Source of the DNA: Nitrososphaerota archaeon
GTDB taxonomy: Archaea > Thermoproteota > Nitrososphaeria_A > Caldarchaeales > Calditenuaceae
Assembly (NCBI GenBank): GCA_041641295.1
Contig: JBEPYO010000001.1
Location: forward strand, 96,001 to 160,000
DNA length: 64,000 bases
Direction: 5' to 3'
Shown here one piece after another: positions 1 through 10,218 of this stretch (position 1 is the first letter of the stretch; every line of letters begins with the position of its first letter). The notes beneath the pieces were generated by a model that worked only from the letters and a program-made list of their open reading frames with translations, did not search any database and was not told the DNA's origin. The translations under genes and the position numbers were made by a program.

Positions 1-1038
1 AGAGAAGAACTTGCCAAAAAATTCCTTGTTAGGAAGTTGAGGCCGATTGAAATAGGTGAGAAAAGTATTAGTCAATTGCTGGACTCGATGGCTATGACGG
101 GCTTTCAAGGCCGTAGGCTCGGAGAGGTTGTGAAGGTTTGGGAAACGGCATGTAGAACAGAGAATACCGTGATATTCCTAGGGCTCGCGGGTTCTCTAAG
201 CACGACGGGGCAGAGCGAGATAGTAAAATTCCTCATAAGAAACAGGTTCATCGACGTACTTGTCTCAACCGGTGCAAACATAACGGAAGACCTAGTGGAA
301 GCACTTGGCGCCAACTATTACATGGGAGAGCCAAACCTCGACGATTCCGAGCTGTTTAAGGCAGGCATCTATAGATTCCACGACGTCTTGGTAAGGGATG
401 TAGACTACTTTAAGATGGAAAAGATGCTCGCGGATTTCATGGCGCAGCTTGACCGTACCAAGGTCTATTCTTCAGCCAAGTTTCTGAATCAGCTTGGGGC
501 TTGGCTTGACGGAAAGGGGGTTAATGGTATTCTGACAGAAGCGTGGAGAAGTGGTGTTCCCGTCTTCTCACCGGCACTTGTAGACTCGGGTATGGGGGTA
601 GCATACCTTCTAAACAAGTATCGGCATGGTGAGGGTTTCAAACTCTTGATAGACCATTTCGCCGATTATGAATTAATCGTCAAGATAAAGGCGAAATTTG
701 CCGACAGTGCAGCGATCTTTATCGGGGGTGGTGTTCCCAAGGACTTCATACAGCTTGCAGCTGTGGCAGTCGATGTTCTACTCTCCGGCGACTTATCCAA
801 ATACAGGCCTCACAGGTTCGCAGCACAGATAACCACAGACAGCCCCCACTGGGGAGGCCTCTCCGGCGCCACATTGGATGAGGCTAAGAGCTGGGGGAAA
901 GAGAGCCCGGACAGCATGACCGTTCAGTGCTTCTGCGACGCCACAATCGGGCTCCCACTCGTGGCTCATGCCCTCTACGAGAAGCTAGGGCGAAGAAAAG
1001 ACCCGCCTGACCTCAGCTGGGTGTTTAAGGAAGGCTAA
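1..1038 (+). CDS. Deoxyhypusine synthase-like protein (GGGVPKDF subtype); probably 5'-truncated by the window edge
   Basis: TGFQG, VSTGAN, FSPALVDS, GGLSGATLDEAKSWGK motifs. Frame is open from position 1 (REELAKKFLVRKLRP), so the true start may lie upstream of the TTG at 37. Confidence 0.9.
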   Translation, partial: REELAKKFLVRKLRPIEIGEKSISQLLDSMAMTGFQGRRLGEVVKVWETACRTENTVIFLGLAGSLSTTGQSEIVKFLIRNRFIDVLVSTGANITEDLVEALGANYYMGEPNLDDSELFKAGIYRFHDVLVRDVDYFKMEKMLADFMAQLDRTKVYSSAKFLNQLGAWLDGKGVNGILTEAWRSGVPVFSPALVDSGMGVAYLLNKYRHGEGFKLLIDHFADYELIVKIKAKFADSAAIFIGGGVPKDFIQLAAVAVDVLLSGDLSKYRPHRFAAQITTDSPHWGGLSGATLDEAKSWGKESPDSMTVQCFCDATIGLPLVAHALYEKLGRRKDPPDLSWVFKEG

Positions 1039-1988
1039 CCGAGGAGGACAGACGCTAATAGGGGAAGAATCAAGGTGGCGTCTCCGTAGATTGTGACTTT
1101 TCTAGCGTGGGTTTTCAGTTTGCCCCAGCTTATGGCCTCCTTCAGTGGCGCCCCTGTCAGGCTTCCATCCCACTCGTTCCCGGTCGTGACGTAGACTGCA
1201 TAGTCTAGGCCACCCCCAAACTGGTTCAGCCACAAGAGGTGATGCTTGCTTATTCCACCCCCTATTATGAGGCCGCCCCTCCTGACCTCTTTGAAGAGGT
1301 TATCGGAGAGCCTGTCATAGTCCCTGAAGAGATTTAGCCTAAAGTCTCGATGCGTTGTGTGAAACATCCAGAGCTGGGTTCCAGCGGCACCATCCATTAT
1401 ACCGGGGACTACCACGTCCACGTTAGCCTCAGCGGCAGCCCTTAAAATCGACCCCTCTGGAAGACGCCTCCCTATCTCCCTAGCAAGCTCGATAGTCCCA
1501 ATCTCTCTCACCCCCTTGTCGTAAAGCTCGTTCAGTAGACCGAGCATGAAGCGCTCAATCGCGAGCCCGTAGTTCTCCTCAGGCACAATGACCGAGCCGA
1601 CACGGTGTAGTCCATGCTCACGGAGCTCCCCATCATCCAACTCGAAGGCGCCCTTGTAATAGTTGCCCAGACTCCTTGCAATGTCATGGTCAATGGTCCC
1701 GCAGGTAGTCACCACGTATTTGAAGATTCCTCGCCTTATGATGCTGGCCAAGACGCCTCTTAGACCGGTGGCTGTGAGGGAGCCTACGAAAGAGAGCCAT
1801 CGCACACATTCCCGGTCACTAACCATCTCTCTAAGTATTCTGCACCCTTCAGCAAGGTAACTGGCCATAAATCCTCCCGAGGCTGCGAAATGCTCCACTA
1901 GATTGCTTATCGTTGTGTCGGCTGAGAGGGTGTAGTCCTTAACAGGCTCCTCTCCTTTGAAACCGCCCCTCCTATCCTTATATCTCAC
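1035..1988 (-). CDS. dys: Deoxyhypusine synthase (canonical crenarchaeal/eukaryote-like subtype)
   Basis: GGFMA, VTTCGTIDHD, GGGISKHH, DGSLTGAPLKEAISWGK with the catalytic Lys. Confidence 0.92.
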   Translation of the reverse strand: MRYKDRRGGFKGEEPVKDYTLSADTTISNLVEHFAASGGFMASYLAEGCRILREMVSDRECVRWLSFVGSLTATGLRGVLASIIRRGIFKYVVTTCGTIDHDIARSLGNYYKGAFELDDGELREHGLHRVGSVIVPEENYGLAIERFMLGLLNELYDKGVREIGTIELAREIGRRLPEGSILRAAAEANVDVVVPGIMDGAAGTQLWMFHTTHRDFRLNLFRDYDRLSDNLFKEVRRGGLIIGGGISKHHLLWLNQFGGGLDYAVYVTTGNEWDGSLTGAPLKEAISWGKLKTHARKVTIYGDATLILPLLASVLLG

Positions 1989-2007
1989 GTAAATAGTCTA
2001 TGCCCGC

Positions 2008-3045
2008 TCATATTTTAGTGGCTGTCCTTCCCTTACGGTAGGACTCAACAATCCTCAGCCAATCCTTTAACCTGATTTCCATTCCGAACCTGTCCTCCCG
2101 TAGCTTCATGTATATGTAGGGGGTCATGAGTAGCCTAAAGTCTCTGAGGTAGTTGAAGCTTGAGTTGTGGACCTTCTTGATGAACTGGAATATCGTGTAG
2201 AAGACTGAAAAGCTCTTAAGGACCTTTTGTGGGTATTGCTCAATCCTCCCGTCTACACTCTGTGAAAGCAGCTCGGCACACTGCATACCCGGAATTATCC
2301 CCTCTCCAATAACGGGGTGGACAGTACCTATACTCTCCCCAAGCCCAACCACGCCATTGCTGATAATGGGTGCGCAGAGGTGGGGTGGGGCGATCCTCAC
2401 AGGACGCCCCACAACATCAATGACCTCGCCGGGGTTTTTTCTGATGAACTCGTCTAGAGCCTCTTTATGCCTATTGAAGTAGTCGCCAACTCCCACGTGG
2501 GCTAGGTTGTTGGATAGGGGAAAGTACCAGAGATATCCGCCTAGGTGGGTTAGTGGCATCAGGTAGAAGTCATCGATGGGTGGGCTATCATACTTCACAA
2601 GATACTCCACAGTCGGGATGTAGTAGTCGCGGGCTATTCTTGGTAGGAGGGCCCTGTGGAACCCCGTGGCGTCCACTATCAAGTCAAAGCCTGTTATCTT
2701 TACTTTTTTCACGTCAATGCTATAATATACTTTCAGTCTGCTGTGCATGTCTAGTATGAACTGCTTCTTGTTAAATGTGCAGAGCCCTTTAAGCTTGATG
2801 GAGAATTCACTCTCATCGGGTAGCTTAACGATCATCTCTTTCCCCTCATGGAGAATGTATTCGTCGAAATTCAGGCCTATACGTCCGGCTAGGCGCCTCA
2901 TCTCATGTTTACTCGTCCCCCAGGCACATATTGCCCTGAAGTTTTCGGCTTTCTGCCGCTCAAAAACCACGACTTCGTGGTCACCCTTGATGAGGTTTGC
3001 GAAGTAGCTTCCAGCCACTCCCCCGCCCGCGACCGCGACCCTCAC
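2008..3045 (-). CDS. FAD-dependent oxidoreductase, geranylgeranyl reductase family
   Basis: N-terminal GGGVAG Rossmann motif, DATG, GYLWYFP, GESIGTVHPVIGEGI. Confidence 0.8.
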   Translation of the reverse strand: MRVAVAGGGVAGSYFANLIKGDHEVVVFERQKAENFRAICAWGTSKHEMRRLAGRIGLNFDEYILHEGKEMIVKLPDESEFSIKLKGLCTFNKKQFILDMHSRLKVYYSIDVKKVKITGFDLIVDATGFHRALLPRIARDYYIPTVEYLVKYDSPPIDDFYLMPLTHLGGYLWYFPLSNNLAHVGVGDYFNRHKEALDEFIRKNPGEVIDVVGRPVRIAPPHLCAPIISNGVVGLGESIGTVHPVIGEGIIPGMQCAELLSQSVDGRIEQYPQKVLKSFSVFYTIFQFIKKVHNSSFNYLRDFRLLMTPYIYMKLREDRFGMEIRLKDWLRIVESYRKGRTATKI

Positions 3046-3099
3046 ACTACATACACCGGGGCCGTCATTTTTTAAGCATCACCAGCTACACGGGACGTT

Positions 3100-3801
3100 T
3101 CAGCCCTCAACGACTGTACCGGCATAACCCTCAAGTATAGCCCGCCGTATATTTCGCACATCCCGTCCATCGATTATGGATAGTTTGATCCTGCTCCGCT
3201 CTAGGATTGATAGGCCAACATTATCTATAAGCCTGTACTCGCCCGCTAGCTGCGGGCTCCCGGCCATTATTTTTCTAAGCTCCGCGTAGCTTAGCCGCGG
3301 TAGTATCCGGGCGTCACTGTGTATCTTGGGGTCTTTGTTGTAGATACCCTCAACGTTTGAGGCGACGATTAGTCTCTCCGCCCTTATCGTCTCTGCGCAA
3401 TAGGTTGCTACCGCGAAGGTGGATTGCCCGGGCCAGAACCCGCCGGCAACAGCTATGCCTTTTCCAACTAGGGCGGCTCTGAGGTCATCTACGTTCTTGA
3501 CGACTAGTGGGTATGCTTTTTCCCCCAGGGCTTGGATAAAGAGGGCTGCGTGTATCCTCGTGACCTCTGTGGCGATTTCGTCGCACCTCGTCTCATCGGC
3601 CCCTAGTCTTTTGGCCGCTTCTATGAAGGCCCGCGCCCCAACCCCTCCTCCAACCACGACAACCCATTTATCATTCTCAGAATGGGCCTCCCTCAAAATG
3701 TCTGCCGCCTGTTTTATCCACTCCACAGAGACCCCATCTTTTGTCGAGAAGAGATGCCCGCCAATCTTTATTACCAGCCGCAAATCGTGGAAAAATATCA
3801 C
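3100..3801 (-). CDS. pyrH: Uridylate kinase (archaeal)
   Basis: VIKIGG, VVVGGG..AR, PGQST, NVEGIYNKDPK. Start could be TTG at 3783. Confidence 0.9.
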   Translation of the reverse strand: MIFFHDLRLVIKIGGHLFSTKDGVSVEWIKQAADILREAHSENDKWVVVVGGGVGARAFIEAAKRLGADETRCDEIATEVTRIHAALFIQALGEKAYPLVVKNVDDLRAALVGKGIAVAGGFWPGQSTFAVATYCAETIRAERLIVASNVEGIYNKDPKIHSDARILPRLSYAELRKIMAGSPQLAGEYRLIDNVGLSILERSRIKLSIIDGRDVRNIRRAILEGYAGTVVEG

Positions 3802-3875
3802 CCATCCCCTAATTAAAATATCCCCTGATAATGTCGGCGCAGGTTGACTAATAGTTAAATTCAGCCCAGTGGAAT

Positions 3876-5147
3876 ATGGGTGTCGGGACTGAGAATGGAA
3901 TAGCCAAATGGGGAAGTGTGGATCGATACAAGTTCAGGCGTTTCGTGGAGTTTTTAGAGTCTCGGCAGGGTCGCGGAACTGAGCTGGTAACGCTCTACAT
4001 ACCGCCTGGGAAGAGGATTGACGAGGTTATAGGGTATTTGAGGCAGGAGCTCTCGACCGCCTCTAACATAAAGTCCAAAGGGACTAGGAAGGCGGTAATG
4101 GATGCGATAGAGAGTGCCATCCAGCGGCTCAAGCTCTTTAACGACAGCGGCCCTAATGGCCTAATCATATTCAGTGGAGCTATACCTCAGAACGGAGAGG
4201 GTACGGAGAAGATCGAGGTATACCACCTCCACCCACCACAGCCAATCAACTTCTTCCTCTACCGCTGCGACTCGAAATTCTACCTCGACCCACTGAAGGA
4301 CCTGCTAAAAGAGAAGGAGACTTACGGTATAATCGCTATGGATAATGAGGATGCGGCGATAGCAGTTCTCCGCGGAAAGATGATTATTGAACTTAGAACA
4401 TATACCAGTGGCATTCCAGGCAAACATAGAGCGGGCGGCCAGTCTTCTAGGAGATTTGAGCGGCTAAGGGAGCAGGCGCTCCAAGACTACTATTCACGGC
4501 TCGCAGAACACGCAAACGAGATATTTCTCAACTATCCTGACCTCAAGGCGATAATCATAGCTGGCCCTGGCCCAACTAAGGAGGTATTTGCGAAGGAGGG
4601 AAAACTCCACTACACCCTGCGCGACAAAATACACGTGATTGACACATCGTATGCTGGTGAAGAGGGTGTGAGGGAGGCAATCGATAGGGCAGCCGATATA
4701 CTATCCAACCTCAGACTGGTGAAAGAGAGGAGACTGGTTGAGGACTTGATGAGAAGGGTCGCAACACAGAACACCGTGATCTACGGCCTAGATTCGGTCA
4801 GACAGGCCTTGCAAGGGAGGCAGCTCGAACTCCTCCTCATTAGCGAAGAACTGGACCTCTTCGAAGTCACTTATAGCTGCTCAAACTGCGGCTACACTGT
4901 TACCGAGACCCTCAGTGAGGGTGACCTCGTCTCCTTGCTTCCGGAAAAGCTCTCTCAAAAATGTCCAAAGTGCGGGGTCCAAGGCTTCAAGCTGAACAGC
5001 CAAGAGAAGCTCGTTGACATACTCATAAAGCAGGCCGAGGAGGCAAACACGAAGATAGAGCTAATCTCAGCATCCCACGAGTCTGGAGAAATGTTTCTGA
5101 AGACGTTTGGAGGAGTGGCGGGGCTGTTGAAGGGCTCTAGCAGGTAA
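3876..5147 (+). CDS. prf1: Peptide chain release factor aRF1
   Basis: ASNIKS, YRCDSKF and GKHRAGGQSSRRF motifs; C-domain Zn-ribbon (CSNC...CPKC). Confidence 0.97.
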   Translation: MGVGTENGIAKWGSVDRYKFRRFVEFLESRQGRGTELVTLYIPPGKRIDEVIGYLRQELSTASNIKSKGTRKAVMDAIESAIQRLKLFNDSGPNGLIIFSGAIPQNGEGTEKIEVYHLHPPQPINFFLYRCDSKFYLDPLKDLLKEKETYGIIAMDNEDAAIAVLRGKMIIELRTYTSGIPGKHRAGGQSSRRFERLREQALQDYYSRLAEHANEIFLNYPDLKAIIIAGPGPTKEVFAKEGKLHYTLRDKIHVIDTSYAGEEGVREAIDRAADILSNLRLVKERRLVEDLMRRVATQNTVIYGLDSVRQALQGRQLELLLISEELDLFEVTYSCSNCGYTVTETLSEGDLVSLLPEKLSQKCPKCGVQGFKLNSQEKLVDILIKQAEEANTKIELISASHESGEMFLKTFGGVAGLLKGSSR

Positions 5148-5194
5148 AACTAGCGCTAAATTTTAAAAAGAGCCAATCACTTTGAGGAGGAGGT

Positions 5195-6112
5195 TTGAAA
5201 CACTTTCTCCAAGTATTTGACGCCTCTAGGAGCGAGCTCCTGAATATTATAGAGCTTGCCCTGAGGTTTAGGCGGGATGGTTATACCGGACATCCCTTGC
5301 GTGGCAAGGTTATCGCCATGCTCTTCGAAAAACCCTCTACGCGGACTAGAGTCTCGTTTAGCTCCGCCGTCTTAAGGCTTGGAGGCGAGGTAATCTATCT
5401 CCCAGCCTCTGAACTCCAGCTAGCGCGGGGTGAGCCATTAAAAGACACTGCCCGGGTTCTAAACAGATACGTTGATGCGATAGTCGCGCGGCTTTCATCT
5501 CACTCCTCGCTGGAGGAGATTGCAAAGTACTCGGAGAAGCCTGTGATAAACGCTCTCACCAATCTACACCACCCGTGCCAAGCCTTAGCGGATGTTGCTA
5601 CGATGTATGAGGAAGCGGGGGGATGGGGGTTCAAGGTTTCATACATTGGAGACTGTGGGAATGTCTGCAGGTCCTTGGTGCAGATATGCGCATCGCTGGG
5701 TATATCAATCTCCGTTGCCTCCCCTCGCAAATATTGGTTCCCATCAGACGAGATTCAGCTGTATAAGGAGGTTGCATCGTCGGCAGGCAGCGCGGTAGAG
5801 TTTACCGAAGACCCTGAGGAAGCTGTGGCGGGCTCCGACTTCATCTACACGGACGTCTTCGTATCAATGGGAATGGAGAGCGAGTATGAGGCTAGGCTCC
5901 GAGACTTCCTCCCCCGCTACCGCGTGAGCATGAGGCTCTTCGAGAAGGCGAAGCCTGGCGCCAAGTTTATGCACTGTATGCCTATCAGGCGGGGAGAGGA
6001 GGTGGAGGAGGATGTCGTCGAGTCGAGCCGCTCTATAATATTCCTACAGGCCGAGTATAGGATGCATACGTCTGCCGCTCTTCTCTTCTCCCTACTGGGA
6101 GAGCCTAGCTAG
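5195..6112 (+). CDS. argF: Ornithine carbamoyltransferase
   Basis: FEKPSTRTR, HPCQ, DVFVSMG, HCMP motifs. Confidence 0.93.
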   Translation: MKHFLQVFDASRSELLNIIELALRFRRDGYTGHPLRGKVIAMLFEKPSTRTRVSFSSAVLRLGGEVIYLPASELQLARGEPLKDTARVLNRYVDAIVARLSSHSSLEEIAKYSEKPVINALTNLHHPCQALADVATMYEEAGGWGFKVSYIGDCGNVCRSLVQICASLGISISVASPRKYWFPSDEIQLYKEVASSAGSAVEFTEDPEEAVAGSDFIYTDVFVSMGMESEYEARLRDFLPRYRVSMRLFEKAKPGAKFMHCMPIRRGEEVEEDVVESSRSIIFLQAEYRMHTSAALLFSLLGEPS

Positions 6113-6626
6113 CGGTTTGGGGCTCCTGCACACTCTTTTCCAGCCGCTCGATTATAATGTTGTAAGACTTGGGCAGCTTAGAGGCGGCAACTTTTATTGC
6201 CTGCTTAGCCAATTCAATATCCCTCCCATAGACATATAGTTCGAGAACATCCTCGCCTGCCTCTACCTGGGCAGCCCTGCCCACAGGCCGTCCAAAAGCC
6301 CTGCTCATCCCCTCTTGGAGCCTATCTGCATGGGCTCCGAAAATCATTTTGTTCTCCCTAAGCACGTGGTGCGGGTGGGCTTTTACAGTCAGGTAAAAGT
6401 TTGTGCCTATTTTCTGAGAGAGCATCTTCCCCGCTGCGACTCTAGCCGCCTCAAGCGCCACATCTCTTATCTGAACAGACTCCTTAGCCACCAGTCTCAA
6501 CCTATATTCGTAGTCTCCTTGCCATGCCCCGTAGTCGTATTTAGCTAGCCTAGCTTGCGGGGCGCCGTGAATATAGTCCACTCTAGTGAATGGCCTCTCT
6601 AATGACCGGTAGTTCTTCGCCTTCAA
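6105..6626 (-). CDS. rpl10e: 50S ribosomal protein uL16 (L10e)
   Basis: ALEAARVA, PHHVLRENKM, ADRLQEGMSRAFGRP. Confidence 0.96.
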   Translation of the reverse strand: MKAKNYRSLERPFTRVDYIHGAPQARLAKYDYGAWQGDYEYRLRLVAKESVQIRDVALEAARVAAGKMLSQKIGTNFYLTVKAHPHHVLRENKMIFGAHADRLQEGMSRAFGRPVGRAAQVEAGEDVLELYVYGRDIELAKQAIKVAASKLPKSYNIIIERLEKSVQEPQTAS

Positions 6627-6706
6627 TTCTAAGTATCTTGTCGGGGTGGCATGCTAAAAACCTATTTTCGAGAGAGTTCTCACGATATGCTAGGCGTGGA
6701 GGGGAA

Positions 6707-7438
6707 GTGGATAGCCAAGAGAGAGTTGTTAGCGCCGAGGATATAGAGGCTGTGAAGGTTAGGATTGCGGGCGAGATTGCCATGTCCAAGTCTCCTGGAG
6801 TGGCCATGAAGAAGTGGCGGCAATTGTTTGGCGAGAAGCAGCGTGAAGTTGCAGCCCGTATGGGCGTCTCCCCCTCAGTCCTTAGCGACTACGAGCAGGG
6901 CAAGAGGTCTCCTGGTATTAAGTTCGTGAGCAGGTATGTCGAGAGTTTGATAGCTTTAGACCTTGAGAAAGGAGGGGCGAATATCAGGCATTTCTCAGAC
7001 CCCTCGCGCTCACGCCACAGGGCTATCTTGGATTTGCGAGAATTCTCCACCCCAGTAACCCTTGACAAGATAGTTGATGCTATGGAGGGGGAGTATCTGT
7101 GGAGGAGTAGGGGGCGTGAGCCGGAGGTCTACGGATACACGGTTGTTGACAGCATAGCAGCGATAAGATACATGGACTCTACCGAGTTCATCCAGATCTT
7201 CGGATTAACCTCGATGAGAGTCCTAGTCTTCACGAATGTCTCTACAGGAAGATCACCGCTAGTGGCTGTCAGGGTCTATCCCCTGAAACCCGTTGCAGTT
7301 GCATTACATGGCCCGCCCTCACCCGAACAGGTTGATAAACTAGCCGTGGAGCTCGCGGAGCTTTCTAGGGTCCCACTAATACTGAGTAGGTCTAAGTCTG
7401 TGAAAGACATGATTGAGGCCTTGAGGAGGCTGGGGTGA
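6707..7438 (+). CDS. XRE-type HTH transcriptional regulator with C-terminal DRTGG-like domain (archaeal COG1709-like)
   Basis: IAGEI..S..PG..MKKWR, SPSVLSDYEQGKR HTH, FTNVSTGRSPLVAVR. Start moved to GTG 6707 behind GGAGGGG; the track start at 6590 overlaps rpl10e. Confidence 0.85.
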   Translation: MDSQERVVSAEDIEAVKVRIAGEIAMSKSPGVAMKKWRQLFGEKQREVAARMGVSPSVLSDYEQGKRSPGIKFVSRYVESLIALDLEKGGANIRHFSDPSRSRHRAILDLREFSTPVTLDKIVDAMEGEYLWRSRGREPEVYGYTVVDSIAAIRYMDSTEFIQIFGLTSMRVLVFTNVSTGRSPLVAVRVYPLKPVAVALHGPPSPEQVDKLAVELAELSRVPLILSRSKSVKDMIEALRRLG

Positions 7439-7441
7439 GGA

Positions 7442-8170
7442 TTGAAGATATTGGTGGGGTGTTGTGGATTTACAAAGTCCATGACCGCATACATGAAGGA
7501 GTACAGGCTTGTCGAGCTCCAGACAACTTTTTACAGAGTCGTGAAACTCGAGACAGCCCGAAAGTGGCGAAACCAAGCCCCCGAAGACTTCCTCTTCACC
7601 GTTAAGGCGTTTCAAGGCATAACTCACCCACCCTCAAGCCCAACTTGGCGTCGATCAAATATCAAGCCAACAAAAAATCACGGCAGCCTGCAACCCACCA
7701 AAGAAGTCTACGAGTCTTGGAAGATTACGAAGACCATTTGCGACGAGTTGAGGTCGCCCTTCTGCCTTATTCAGACCCCTAGCTCGTTCAGGGATACTCC
7801 AGAGAATGTGCGGAATGCCGAGACTTTCTTCTCGAATGTGGAGCGAGGGGCGTTTGACATCGGGTTTGAGGCTAGGGGATGGTCGCTAGACGCAATAGCT
7901 AAGATATGTAAAAAGGCTAGACTCGTCCATGTGACTGATCCATTCCTCCAAGACCCGGTTACCCTAGGTAAACATAGGACAGTGTATCTGAGGCTTCACG
8001 GTAGCCCGCCTGGGAAATCCATGTACAACTACTCTTATACCGACGACGACTTGGCAGCTCTATACAGGAAGATTAAGGGGTATGATGGCGATGTGATCTA
8101 TGTGTTATTTAACAACGTTAGCATGGAGAGGGACTCTAAACGCTTCATGAAACTTGTCCTCAGCTCTTAA
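7442..8170 (+). CDS. DUF72 family protein
   Basis: VGCCGF, VELQTTFY, FTVKA, YLRLHG, LFNN motifs. Confidence 0.9.
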   Translation: MKILVGCCGFTKSMTAYMKEYRLVELQTTFYRVVKLETARKWRNQAPEDFLFTVKAFQGITHPPSSPTWRRSNIKPTKNHGSLQPTKEVYESWKITKTICDELRSPFCLIQTPSSFRDTPENVRNAETFFSNVERGAFDIGFEARGWSLDAIAKICKKARLVHVTDPFLQDPVTLGKHRTVYLRLHGSPPGKSMYNYSYTDDDLAALYRKIKGYDGDVIYVLFNNVSMERDSKRFMKLVLSS

Positions 8171-8939
8171 GCTCCTCAGAGTGCTCCCAGAGCATGTTGA
8201 AGTAGAGCTGTGCAATGGCTGTCAGGGAGAGGTGCGCTGAGTAAATCGCTACTTGGGGACGGTTCTCTCCACTCGCTAGGAGCAGCAGCACAGCCTCCGA
8301 CACATCGTTAATCACCCCACCCGCGAATGAGATCTCCCTCACTCTAACCTCCGCCAACGAGGACAGCGTCTTCACAACCTTCCCCACCGCCTGAGGCCCC
8401 ACCAGCACTCTCACCACCCCTCGCCTCTCCTTTATCAGTGAGGCGGTAGAGATCAAGAGCTGCTGTATTTCTGGAGGGATTATGGGTAGGACAATTGAGA
8501 GCTGCTTGTTGGCCCGTCCCATAACATCTTTTACGCTCCTCCAGAGTGAGGCCTCTCCCCTGATTATCCATAGGTCGGGACGCTCAGGTCCCGTTCCCTC
8601 ATATATTTGGGTCAGGGCTGAGACGAATACCTCTAGGTCTGACTTGAGATCATTCTCAATTGACGCCCTGATAGCCTCGGAGGCGACCTGTGGATGCTCA
8701 GGAATATATCTCATGGGGCGCCCTCTCTCAACCTTTACAAGGCCCTTCCGCTCGAGAGACTTGAGGGTCTCGTATATCTTTGAGATAGGGATTTGGGCTG
8801 CGGCACTAATCTCGCTTGCAGACCCGCTACGCCGCTTGAGAAGTGCGATATACGCCTTGACCTCGTACTCGGAAAGCCCCAGCCTTTTTATGGCAGCCCA
8901 TGTCTTCTCGTCGAGCGCCACGAAGGACCTATCGCTCAA
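8160..8939 (-). CDS. TrmB-family transcriptional regulator
   Basis: LGLSEYEVKAYIALL...IPISKIYETLKSLERKGLV winged HTH plus C-terminal effector-binding domain. Confidence 0.92.
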   Translation of the reverse strand: MSDRSFVALDEKTWAAIKRLGLSEYEVKAYIALLKRRSGSASEISAAAQIPISKIYETLKSLERKGLVKVERGRPMRYIPEHPQVASEAIRASIENDLKSDLEVFVSALTQIYEGTGPERPDLWIIRGEASLWRSVKDVMGRANKQLSIVLPIIPPEIQQLLISTASLIKERRGVVRVLVGPQAVGKVVKTLSSLAEVRVREISFAGGVINDVSEAVLLLLASGENRPQVAIYSAHLSLTAIAQLYFNMLWEHSEELKS

Positions 8940-9044
8940 CCTTTAAAGAGCCTGTGCAATTGGGCTATTAAGGATGTTGTAGGCCCCACACTATGTAGAT
9001 GAAGCGTGTTTAGAGATCTTTTTAAAACCTTTAACGGCGGGGAA

Positions 9045-9884
9045 CTAAACTAGTATGCTCCAGCCATCACCAAGCATCGATACGACCTCCTCAAACATGG
9101 CCTGATTCCTCCAGATGATGATTCCGTAACGCGACTGGCTATCCAGCCTCTCGTCGAGTAGAGGTTTGGGGCATGAGGCGCTCCTACAGCCCATACCCAT
9201 GGCAAAATACAGCGCAGGCATAATGTCCATCATCCTCAGCTCCGGTGTCAGACACAGGTATCCATCGACGCGCCCCACCGATGCGTAGCACATTTCAAGA
9301 AGCGCCGAGCCCATCACCCTAAAGAATCGAAGCCGCTCAGCTATCCTGATCGATAATTCTTGCGACCTCACATTCCTCTTAAAAGATGCGTGGTGAAAGA
9401 AAACAGCAGCCCTGCCTTTATCCCCTTGAGCAGCCTTTGAAAGGTCTGAGGATTCCCTGTGAGACACGTACTCCTCTTCCCTTATGAAGATCTCTCCGGT
9501 GGCATGGTCTATCACCCCTGATGAGACAACATCCCTCGCAAAGGGCCCCCGCGCTATTGCAATCCCAGAGGAGTAAAAGCTGATACCTCTCGACATGTTT
9601 GCGCTACCATCAACGGGGTCAATGAGGGCCCAGTACTCAGGCTCGCCTACCCCCTCCCAAGAGAGGCCCATCTCCTCCGAGACAATGGCTACACTGCCTA
9701 GACGAGACTTTAACACCTCGACAATCGCCCTCTCGCATACCAAGTCACCCCTATAGGAGATGTCGCCATAGTATCCCCGCCCCATCGGCTCACCTACGAC
9801 CCCTCTGCCAACCGTGTCCAGCAGCGCATCCCTCGCAGCCCGCAGCGCCTCGCTTACGACACCCCTCAGCAAACCCCCCAGCAA
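9045..9884 (-). CDS. Inositol monophosphatase / FBPase family protein
   Basis: VSEE, IDPVDGSAN, RVMGSALLE, D in the terminal motif. Confidence 0.88.
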   Translation of the reverse strand: MLGGLLRGVVSEALRAARDALLDTVGRGVVGEPMGRGYYGDISYRGDLVCERAIVEVLKSRLGSVAIVSEEMGLSWEGVGEPEYWALIDPVDGSANMSRGISFYSSGIAIARGPFARDVVSSGVIDHATGEIFIREEEYVSHRESSDLSKAAQGDKGRAAVFFHHASFKRNVRSQELSIRIAERLRFFRVMGSALLEMCYASVGRVDGYLCLTPELRMMDIMPALYFAMGMGCRSASCPKPLLDERLDSQSRYGIIIWRNQAMFEEVVSMLGDGWSILV

Positions 9885-9913
9885 CTCAACACCAGATAGC
9901 AGCTATTATACCC

Positions 9914-10189
9914 TTAACCAGTCCCTGAAAGTCTAAGAGACCTCTTACCCGCACTCACAAGCTCAGGATAACGCCTAGCCAGCTCAGACTCAACAATCCT
10001 CGCAACCTCATCGCTAATGCTAAACCTAGGGGTCACGTTCTTCAGATAGTTAAGCACAAGAGAGCTCAGCGGCGAATAAAAAGTAATCCTCGGCTGACGC
10101 CTCGCAGCCTGCCTCGCCAAAACAAGAGCCTTCTTATCCACCACAATCCTCCTCTTCTGGGCAACCCGACCCTTCCCCACCATAGCCAC
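9914..10189 (-). CDS. Small basic hypothetical protein, possibly ribbon-helix-helix-like DNA binder
   Basis: 91 aa Arg/Lys-rich ORF with GGTGAG SD-like element and TTTTAA box upstream; strand-helix-helix pattern (RITFYSP/LSSLVLNYLK/SISDEVARIVESEL). ATG 10183 is an alternative start. Confidence 0.7.
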   Translation of the reverse strand: MAMVGKGRVAQKRRIVVDKKALVLARQAARRQPRITFYSPLSSLVLNYLKNVTPRFSISDEVARIVESELARRYPELVSAGKRSLRLSGTG

Positions 10190-10218
10190 TCACCAACAAA
10201 CACAGCAAACCCGGTTAA

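Noticed and set aside
4870-4985. Zn-ribbon insertion in the aRF1 C-domain
   Set aside because: Real, but a known feature of many archaeal aRF1 proteins, so not novel.
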